DNA from: Octopus vulgaris
Taxonomy: Eukaryota
Direction of reading: 5' to 3'
Assembly: GCA_951406725.2 (NCBI GenBank)
Contig: OX597814.1
Coordinates: 185,194,001-185,258,000 of the forward strand
DNA length: 64,000 nucleotides
In this document: piece after piece, positions 54,419 to 64,000 of the stretch
Numbering within the stretch: position 1 is the first letter of the stretch
How the letters are laid out: the number at the start of each line of letters is the position of its first letter
The notes under the pieces: model-generated
What the model saw: the letters and a program-made list of their open reading frames with translations, nothing else
Database searches by the model: none
What the model was told of the DNA's origin: nothing
Made by a program: the position numbers and the translations under genes

Positions 54419-55204
54419 TTGTTTTTTTATATCTATATTTTGGAGTAGTTTAAAAAAGATTTCACTGCTATTTCTTTCAACCCATATCGAGAGATATGAC
54501 AGATGTTCCATTGCTAAATCGTAAACCAATAACTTACTGGGTATAGGGGAAATAGTAATACGTAAGATAACTTGTGCTGAAGTTAAAAATATCATTAATT
54601 CGTGATTTTATATCAAAGCAATTAAACGATACTACTACAGTGAAAAATATCTATTAAGCAATCTGGTAATGAATTTGTTAAACTTCAGATAAATAACACG
54701 CATTTACTTCGGTGAGTGTTAGAAGCTGTCATTTAAGTAAATCTATGCACATCTGTTTCTCATGAAATTAACACTTTCTTCAGTTCTGCAAAGCTGTAAA
54801 CTTTACTATTGGGTATGTTGCAATATAATATGCACTTCGTCATGTAAAGGAATCTACGAGATCACTTAATGAGATTTCCACTTTATTCCATTGGTCTTTG
54901 TGAAGAAAAAAAAAACTAAAACGGATCTAAGCAATAACACTCAACCGAGCAGTTTCAATCTATTTCTTTCCTCTCTCTCACTCTCTCTCTCTTTATACAC
55001 ACATACACACACATGTTCATATGTCCATATACATGCCTACATATATATAAAGAGAGAGAGAGAGAGGGGGGACAGACAGACAGACAGAGGCGTGGAAGAA
55101 CAAACAGGATATATAGAATTCAGTATAGGAATACGTACATAAAAGTTTTTTTCTCGAACACTCCAGAGATCATTATAATTAGTTTTCATATTCCTGTATG
55201 AGGA

Positions 55205-55286
55205 GTCGTCGTGGCCGAGTGGTTAAGGCGATGGACTAGAAATCCATTGGGGTTTCCCCGCGTAGGTTCGAATCCTACCGGCGACG
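55205..55286 (+). tRNA. tRNA-Ser-AGA: tRNA-Ser, anticodon AGA
   Basis: 82 nt. Acceptor stem GTCGTCG/CGGCGAC, A box TGGCCGAGTGG, anticodon loop CT-AGA-AA, long variable arm, B box GGTTCGAATCC, T-run terminator at about 55302-55311. Confidence 0.96.
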
Positions 55287-55330
55287 TCAATTACATACTC
55301 ATTTTTTTTTTAGCACTGTATACACTGTAT

Positions 55331-55369
<39 letters not shown>

Positions 55370-55501
55370 CAGACAGACAGACAGAGGCGTGGAAGAACAA
55401 ACAGGATAAATAGAATTCAGTATATGAATACGTACATAAAAGTCTTTTTCTCGAACACTCCAGAGATCATTATAATTAGTTTTCATATTCCTGTATGAGG
55501 A

Positions 55502-55583
55502 GTCGTCGTGGCCGAGTGGTTAAGGCGATGGACTAGAAATCCATTGGGGTTTCCCCGCGTAGGTTCGAATCCTACCGGCGACG
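55502..55583 (+). tRNA. tRNA-Ser-AGA: tRNA-Ser, anticodon AGA (second identical copy)
   Basis: Identical to 55205-55286; T-run terminator at about 55598-55608. Confidence 0.96.
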
Positions 55584-55862
55584 TCAATTACATACTCGTT
55601 TTTTTTTTGTGGTACACCTATACAATAATTTCATTATTATTATTTTATTGTTATTATAACGGATATACCATGAAAGCTGAAAACGTATCCTTTGTGTACC
55701 AGAGAAAATATAGGGCAGAGAGAAACTGAAGCCTGGTCTATGTTCATATTTTTTATAATTGTTAACGGAAGAAGAGTCAAAACGAATCTAACAAGGACGC
55801 TCTTTGGTGGATGCTAACCATTTCACTTCCAGGAATTTCGGAGAATTATAGTCAATCTGGAA

Positions 55863-56475
55863 CTGTGGTCCTCAAACTTCATCCGTATGACCCCCGGGGG
55901 TCCATATAAGATTTTGTGGGGTCTATGTAACAAAAGAGTAAATTGGGGATCCACGAAAGAATTTAAGGGACCATGAACAAATTTTGCTTTAGATGTATGT
56001 GTTGGTATGTATTGCAAGAAACATCTAGGTTTCTTTGTCTAATATTTTACATAGTTCAACCTACTCAAGTTAATGTGTGAATAAAAATAGGAATATTGAA
56101 AGAAGTTTCCATTAAACTAGTTTTTAAATATCGGATAGTTACGGGGGTCCACCAGAATGAAATAGTAATCAAAGGGGGTCCACGAAACCAAAATAGTAAA
56201 TTGGGGATCTACAGTAGTTTTTTGAGGGCCCCTGAAAACATTTCGTTTTAGATATATGTATTGGTATGTATTGCTAAAAAGATCTAGGTTTCTTTGCTCA
56301 GTATTTTACATAACTCAACCAACACAAGTTAATGCGAGAAAAGCAAAATTGGAATTTTTAAAGAAGTTTCTACAAAACTAGTTTTTAAACATTGAATGGA
56401 TATGGGAGTCCACCAGAATAAAAAAAAAGTAACCAAAGGCGCCCATAGATAAAGAAAAATGGTTGAGAAATCCTT
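55863..56475. mobile_element. hAT (Charlie-like) non-autonomous element with internal duplication
   Basis: Degenerate TIRs CTGTGGTCCTCAA / TTGAGAAATCCTT, 8-bp TSD ATCTGGAA / ATCTAGAA, repeated GGGGTCCA motifs, diverged internal direct repeat. Confidence 0.75.
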
Positions 56476-57019
56476 ATCTAGAATTTTGTATTCCAAGATA
56501 CTCCTTCTCACTTTTGATCAAATTCAAGATCGTTTATTTTCCAGATCTAAAGAAAGGTTTTTTGGAAATGTTAGTCAAGCTAAGAGAACTGTTTAGGTAA
56601 ATTTTGTTCTTATATTATTCAGAAAGTTTTATGTATTTAAATATTGATTTATGACATTTGTCGGCAGAGGTGATGTAATCCATTGAATTAACCACAAAAC
56701 ACACCAGAGGCTTATTTTATTAATCCCAGTGGGATGAAAATCTTAGCCAACCATGGTGGAATTTAAACAAATGACGTTGAGGAATGAAATTAAATACTAC
56801 AAGATATTTAGCTCAGCAATTTAATATATCTGCCATTTCGTATTCTGGAACATAATGAAGATTTGAATTGCACAATTTTTCAGCATACCCTATAAATACT
56901 TTATGTTGTAGCAATATTTATCATTGTGTCATGACAAATCTGTACATAATTTCGAGATTACTTTGGTATATATCGTCCACATGTAGAATATTATAGAAGA
57001 ATGATCTACTGAACCAAGA

Positions 57020-57103
57020 ATATTTGTTAATATTTTTATCACACTTGTTAATATTTGTACCACTTGTTAATATTTTTATCACACTTGTTAATATTTGTAT
57101 CAC
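57020..57103. repeat. 20-bp minisatellite, about 4 copies
   Basis: CACTTGTTAATATTT(T/G)TA(TC) units. Confidence 0.85.
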
Positions 57104-57216
57104 ACAAAGGGGGCAGAATCGTTATCGCACCGGGCAAGATATTTGACGGCATTTCGTCATATGTACTTATATAATATACTCACTGGTAGGCACGTACACG
57201 CGCGCAAGTGCACGCA

Positions 57217-57270
<54 letters not shown>

Positions 57271-57919
57271 AAAGCGTATTTCAATAAAACCTATCAATTA
57301 AACATTTCGCTAACCAATGTTTTTTCTGAATCAGAACGAAATTCAAGGAGACATGTATTTGCCTAAAAGATACTTAGCAACATACAAGGCGTTAACATTT
57401 CATATCTTTTGTTTAAACTATTGGTGCAATGTGTCAAAAGTCTCAGTTTTTCGCTCAACAACTTGAGTTTGTCTCTAAATATTTAGTTACGTCATCTTAC
57501 GTTTATTTCACTGACAAAGAATAATTATGTACATAATATAAATTGCATAATTAAACTGCGTTGTTAAATCTTCAGAGATTTGTAACCCGCTTTCGCTTTC
57601 GTAATTTTACTAGATTAGTGACGAACTCGCAATTTCTGTTCCAGCAACAACTACAAATTCCAGTAAAAGGATACATGAAGTTTTATATAAGTCCTCGTTG
57701 AAGTTTCGATACTACTTACTTGTTGTGCAATTTAAATTTCAAAACACATTATATGTGTGTGTGTTTGGGTGTGTGCGTATCTGTATGTGTATGTGCGTAT
57801 TCAAGTATATATGTAGACACACACATTCGGGAGAGATAACAAAACAGAGTAGAACGCAAGATAAGTAGCTAGGGTTATACTGTTATTGACATGCCAGACA
57901 CACACACACACACACACAC

Positions 57920-58175
57920 ACATTGTTCCTTCTCGAGCCTGGCTCATAAGGGCCGGTTTCCCGGTTTCTTTGCGAATAGGTTCCCCACCTGGACAGAGTG
58001 AGAGAAAGTTGTGGCGAAAGAGTCAGCAGAAGTTCGCCATTACCTTCTGCCGCAGCCGCGTGGAGCTTAGGTGTTTCGCTCATAAACACACACATCGTCT
58101 GGTCTGAGATTCGAACCCGCGATCCCTCGACTGCGAGTCCGATGCTCTAACCCCTAGGCCATGTGCCTCCACACA
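57920..58175 (-). mobile_element. tRNA-derived SINE, family D
   Basis: Related to 28685-28855; 3' end GAAACCGGCCCTTATGAGCC similar to family C. Confidence 0.8.
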
Positions 58176-58449
58176 TACATATATGTTTATGAACATACAT
58201 ATATATGCATACATATGTATGTATGTATTTTTTGTGTTTATAATTCTTTAAATGCTTTCTTTGGGGAAAGAGTTGGTTTCTAACAAAGATACAAAACTGC
58301 AGAGTTGGAATGTCGATAACGAAAATGATCTATGCGTATACATCTTTGTGCACACATCTATCGGGGCAAGTATGGGCCTCATTGCATGACAAACTTCTTG
58401 AATGTTCTATATATTTGGTCAGCGCCTTTAAGTTCATATGTACGTAAAC

Positions 58450-58482
<33 letters not shown>

Positions 58483-58487
58483 TGTGA

Positions 58488-58714
58488 AATACCGTGTACA
58501 TTTAAACACATAAGAGATGGCCATAACAGGACATCTGACTCATTAGAAAGAGTAGCTAAACTACAAACCACTAATAGTTTTAATTCTGAAAGGGAATGAA
58601 AGATAAAAACATTTACCCTATTTTCCCTGGACTATGCTTAGTTTCAAGCAATCTTTTGTAAATAAAATGTCCTGTTATGGCCATCTCTTATCTGTTTAAA
58701 TGTACACTGTATTT
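58488..58714. mobile_element. Tc1/mariner-type MITE
   Basis: About 45-bp TIRs: TACCGTGTACATTTAAACACATAAGAGATGGCCATAACAGGACAT / ATGTCCTGTTATGGCCATCTCTTATCTGTTTAAATGTACACTGTA. Confidence 0.88.
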
Positions 58715-58809
58715 TATATGAATAATATATAGTCTATTGACTAAATTTTTTTCTCGCTAGACCAATGGTAGCAAAGAATTTTTCTTAATTTTTTTTGCTC
58801 ACCTAAGAT

Positions 58810-58841
<32 letters not shown>

Positions 58842-58903
58842 TGTATGTATGTATGTATGTATGTATGTTTGTATGTATGTATGTATGTATGTGTGTGTGT
58901 TTG

Positions 58904-58934
<31 letters not shown>

Positions 58935-60299
58935 TGTATGTATGTATGTATGTATGTATGTATGTATGTATGTATGTATGTATGTATGTATGTATGTATG
59001 TACGTACGTACGTATGTGTGTACTGTTGTTTCAAGTATGAGTTCCTTTTACACTGGAATTTGTTGTATAAATGTCTGCTTTTTCAAGGATTGTGTGTAGT
59101 AGCAATTGACTAATTGTACTGTAGATGACTGGTCTTATAAATAGGATCGGAATTTATCTAGGTGATACTTAAAATACTTCAACGGTTATCACAGTCACTG
59201 CCTTGCTTTCTTAAGTTAAAAAACAAACTTGAATAAACGGTGTACTATAGTGCTGTTAATTGATTGTTATCTTACGATAACAATCTTTGAAAGCCAAGAG
59301 AAACTCTCTATACTTTTATTTACTCGATGATATAAACCGAGGCTTGGTATTTTCGTCTCCTGAATCTTCTAAATGTAGATAATGGTGTATCTATTTTTGC
59401 AATATTAGTCTAGGAAGTAAAAAATCAGAAATGGCAGTTGTTCTCAATAAGTTTAGTTGCTGAATTGAAGTTGTATTTTAGTGTCGGCATTATCTAGTAA
59501 AATAGAATCGAATTACACAACAGAAGTTAGAAGCAGTAAATCTATATAGCTCACAAGCAATATTTTCTGTAAAACCAATATTTCTGCAAGGTTTGTATTA
59601 TAGAAGGCTTTCAGTTTGATAGCTAGCCATACATTAATACCAAGCACTTAGAATATGCTAGTAATTGACAACTTCAGGACTTTGTTAGATAACTTACAAT
59701 GTATGAGTACCGTGCTTTTAGAATATTGGTGATTTTCACGTCCAGAATCGATATGCGTTTTGTGGTTGCTTCTTTGTTTGTAATTGCATAATATTTTCAT
59801 TTATTGATTCCTTCTCATAAAGGAGGACACACTTTCTTCAAATGAAATTCACCTTATCCTTCCTTGCTCGTTTCTCTATAAAGTTCAGTATTTGTGTAGT
59901 CATTGAATATCGTTTCTTCTCTTTGTCCCCAAATAATAGAATTGTTTGCACCATCTGTATAATTAAAGAGACTGGCAAGCAGAAACCCATCACCGCCGTC
60001 TTTTGTACAAGCATGGTGATCAACCAGATACGTCTTAGAATACTACCTTGTAGAAACTCCACTGCTTGCCGGGAATATTGCTACTAGTATAACGTTATTC
60101 AGTTAACAACTAGCGTAGACATGGCTGCGATCAATCCTCGTGCATTGTAACATGGGTAGATGCATTTTTCATACTCTCGGGCTGAAGAAAGCTTTATAAG
60201 TGAGTTTGCGTACAGGGAAACTGAATAGAAGTCCATAAAATAGAATTTACCTGTAATTCTAGTAATGAAATTATTATTATAATTATAATGAATTTACCT

Positions 60300-61251
60300 G
60301 TAATTTAATCAATTTTATTCACCTCTTTCGGAATCTGCCTTTCGTAAATATTACGGACCGTATATTTAATATAATGTAAATGTCTGAATAGCTCAAGAAC
60401 GGATTTCGTCATTCACCTTGTCGCAGTGGTGTCACACTGAGATTACCGGAGAATTTCACTAAAGATTCACGTGTTTGTGTACTCATAACTCAATATTCAG
60501 TCAGTTCATAGGCTAACTCAATGAGTAACGCCTCCACGTATTCAAACAACAGGACGCCCATTTGTCGAAATCGACGTGAAATACGATCATTCAGCTAACA
60601 GAAGGCCCACATATTCAGCTGTCGCAAAATACTAAGATGTGTCAATTTGTGGCATAGTTTATTTTGCCAAAAGCCTTTGATGAAAGCTTTAAGAAAATCT
60701 TAAATGTAGTTTAATTCAGCGTTGTGCACCAACGTAAGCATACGCAGAGCAATGAGAGAGCTTTCATGCAGTGGATAGACTTAGGGATATACAAGAACAC
60801 AAGCAAACATATGTATTCTATTTTCAAACAGTTTACTACATATGTACATAGTATCATCGGTTTCCAAACATCGGAACACATGAAGAATATTCCTTTCCAT
60901 CATACCTATCAGCTCACCGGCTCTAAGTTTACTTTTTTTTTTCACAGAACTTACGTATACTCGACATTTGATCCACATGGTGAATATAAAACATAGAACA
61001 TTGCAAAATAAAATGTATACGTGTAGGTGTGCGTATGTACGTGTGTTTATGTGTGTGCATGTGTGCGTGTGCGTGCGTGTGTGTGTATACATGCACAAAT
61101 ATATAACGTATTTATATATTGTATACATACATATTACACAGTGCATACACGTATACATATACACGCATACATTATATATATTTTTAGATAAGCATATGAA
61201 CTGCATGTTAAGATGCGTGTGTGCACGTATGTATGTATGTGTATATATATC

Positions 61252-61282
<31 letters not shown>

Positions 61283-61600
61283 GTGTGTGTGTATATATAT
61301 AAACACACACACACATATATATGTGTGTATGTGTGTATGTGTATAAATAAGAATCAGTTGAATTATACACTTAGAATGTGGCACCTCGTTAGGTCGGAAT
61401 AGTATTATGTAAATATGAAACTTGTTACATAAGTACCGGCCGAATGATATTCTTACAGTTCATGTAGAGAATTAAAGCCAGCTGAACGAATAAATCCGTT
61501 CTTGAGCTATTCAGACATTTATATTATATTAAATATGCGGTCCATAATACTTACGGAAGGCAGATTCCGAGAGAAGTGAATAAAATATAAATGATTAACA
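60300..61600. mobile_element. Element (or inverted repeat pair) with ~110-bp inverted arms
   Basis: About 60310-60415 (TTCGGAATCTGCC...GTCTGAATAGCTCAAGAACGGATT) is the imperfect reverse complement of about 61483-61590. Confidence 0.75.
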
Positions 61601-61724
61601 GTAGAAGTACAAGTGCCAATCCATTACGGCCGTTTCTAACGACTCCTTTACTCAATTAAAAGAGTAGTTAGAAACGGCCGTAGTAGATTGACACCTTTAC
61701 CTCTGCTGTTATGCAATATGTATA

Positions 61725-61750
61725 TAACCCTAACCCTAACCCTAACCCTA
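61725..61750 (-). repeat. Interstitial telomere-like (TAACCC)4
   Basis: TAACCC x4, just downstream of a hairpin at 61625-61682. Confidence 0.8.
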
Positions 61751-61823
61751 TCGCTAACACATACATACATATATGTATGCATCTATGTATGTATGTATGT
61801 ATGTATGTATATGTATGTATGTG

Positions 61824-61871
<48 letters not shown>

Positions 61872-61899
61872 TGTATGTATGTATGTATATGTATGTATG

Positions 61900-61930
<31 letters not shown>

Positions 61931-62080
61931 TGCATTACAACTCACCACGTGGGGCTAATATCAAAATTCTCCTCCACCCTTCTTCTTACTAAATATATAT
62001 GTGTGTTCGTGTGGGTGTGTGTGCGTGTGTGTGTGCGTAAACGCGCGCGCGTATGTATGTATAGATAGATACATACATAT

Positions 62081-62111
<31 letters not shown>

Positions 62112-62112
62112 C

Positions 62113-62168
<56 letters not shown>

Positions 62169-62183
62169 ATGTACATGTATATG

Positions 62184-62230
<47 letters not shown>

Positions 62231-62253
62231 GTACATATATATATCTGTATATA

Positions 62254-62294
<41 letters not shown>

Positions 62295-62319
62295 ATAAGG
62301 GTGCATTGCAGGAATTTTC

Positions 62320-62960
62320 TTCTGAAGTGAAATTTATTAATTTCAGAGAAATATAAAACTCTAATTCTCTTCAAAGTCGATTAAACCGAGTTCAATGCAC
62401 TTCTTGAAACACTCTAGTTACTTTGTGAAGGCTCCTTAGAAGTCCTCCCATGTGAACGTGTCCAATCCCGTTGTGATAGGCTTTTTTCATCTTCAACATG
62501 GGTGCTCCTGAAGTTTGCCTTCAGCTTGTGGAACAACCAAAATCATAGGGGGTAAGATGTGAACCATAGACAAGGGAGGGACAGTTTGATGACCATCTCC
62601 CTCAAGTAGTAGATTACCAGCATGCTCATCACTGAGTACCCTGGGGACAAACTTGGAATATGTTTTGCGCATGTTCAAATCTTTATGAATAATTCTGTGT
62701 ACAGTTGCCACACAAACACCAAACTATGTTTGTTGCCTTTATAGACACACAACAGTTTTCATCCTGAAAACTGCAAATTTCCTGATGTTCTGACGTGTCT
62801 CTTATTCCCACATTTTTCATGATCGCGTATCTCCTTTCTACTGTCTTCAAAACTCCTGTGCTAGCGAAGAAATTTATCCATAGGCAGTTTCAGCAGAGTT
62901 TTTGCCCAGTTCAACACAAAATTGCATTGGATAGCTAGCTTCGAACGTCCCCAAAACTTT
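62320..62960 (-). mobile_element. Decayed, internally deleted mariner
   Basis: ORF 62493-62711: ATVHRIIHKDLNMRKTYSKFVPRVLSDE (WVP-type linker). Confidence 0.75.
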
Positions 62961-63223
62961 CTGTAATTAGTCACCTATGACAAGCAGTGTTTAGTAGAGT
63001 ACGCTCAAAAAAGAAACACCCTCCATCTCTTGCGTCTGGTCTTGCCGCAGCGAAGAGGCTTGCGTGTTCCGGAGATCCCAAAGGGTGTTACCATCTGAAG
63101 CTTTGCTCCTGGTAAGACCAACCTAGGCGAGCCGATCTTCCGAAGAGGTTCCAGACTAACGGTGACCCGCGACATGTCGACGCGTCGGTACATCAGCTTG
63201 TCGTCAAGATGGCAACCCCAAAA

Positions 63224-63455
63224 GGCGGTGAGCTGGCGGAAACGTTTGCACACCGGGCGAAATGCTTAGCGGTATTTCGTCTGCCGCTACATTCTGAGTT
63301 CAAATTCCGCCGAGGTCGACTTTGCCTTTCATCCTTTCGGGGTCGATAAATTAATTACCAGTTACGCATTGGCATTGATGTAATCGACTTAATCCCTTTT
63401 TTTCTGTCCTTGTTTGTCCCCTCTGTGCTTAGCCCCTTGTGGGCAATGAAGAAAT
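63224..63455 (+). mobile_element. SINE family B monomer with TSD
   Basis: AAGATGGCAACCC at 63206-63218 and 63456-63468. Confidence 0.9.
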
Positions 63456-63650
63456 AAGATGGCAACCCAATTATCCGACTATTTTACGGGGGCCAGCAAA
63501 CCACCCAGAAAAATCCGCAACCTGTTACGACACCGACCGGAAGAAACGGGACTGCCCAACATCTGAACGGACCACAGGAAACCTCCGACCAACGAGAATT
63601 CAGAGGGACTCACATGGGACCGCTAATGGCTGTACATTCGATGACGCCTA

Positions 63651-63681
<31 letters not shown>

Positions 63682-64000
63682 AAGAAGAAGAAGAAGAAGA
63701 ACAACAAGAAGAACAACAACAACAACAACAACAACAACGACGACGGCGACGATGATGACAAGTGCTGTTATAGCTGTTTTCTTTAATCTGGAATTTTAAA
63801 AAAATGTTGTTCGGTCAGCTTATTTAGATGTAGAGTTCTGATATATACTGAACTTAGAATAATCTAGAAGAGATATAACTACCTCTCGTAAACAAAGTCT
63901 GAAAACTTCTGGAAAGCACCTCGTCTTCGTGCGCGCGCGCGCGTGTGTGTATGGGTGTGTGTGTGTGTGTGCGTGCGTGCGTGCATATATACATACACAT

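Larger units (their letters stand above)
55047..55608 (+). repeat. Tandem duplication (about 297-bp period) containing the tRNA-Ser genes
   Basis: The (GA)n-GACAGACAG-GAGGCGTGGAAGAACAAACAGG...CCTGTATGAGGA leader, tRNA and trailer occur twice. Confidence 0.9.

Overview
AT-rich, microsatellite-saturated eukaryotic DNA with no recognisable host protein-coding exon. The SINE repertoire and repeat style resemble an octopod cephalopod (Octopus-like); this is an inference. Nearly all listed ORFs are translations of (TA)n, (CA)n, (GATA)n or (AAT)n tracts. Real content: an uninterrupted but 5'-truncated Penelope-like (Neptune-type) retroelement ORF with RT and GIY-YIG domains (32096-33622, minus) flanked by inverted pseudo-LTR pieces; two identical tandem tRNA-Ser(AGA) genes; a 5S rRNA pseudogene; decayed mariner, Tc1, Tx1-like and R4/Dong-like elements; non-autonomous Helitron-like elements; several MITEs; at least three tRNA-derived SINE families; and an 11 x 41-bp minisatellite. 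The most notable signal is seven type I hammerhead-ribozyme-like motifs found by eye, with no visible similarity to each other outside the core. All have a palindromic or near-palindromic stem III, several have a very long stem II, and two carry U instead of C at core position 3. One lies in the 3' pseudo-LTR of the Penelope element and most of the others sit in short unique islands between microsatellites. Two insertions also carry perfect inverted copies of neighbouring DNA, consistent with template switching. Coordinates of decayed repeats are approximate; no folding or database search was run.
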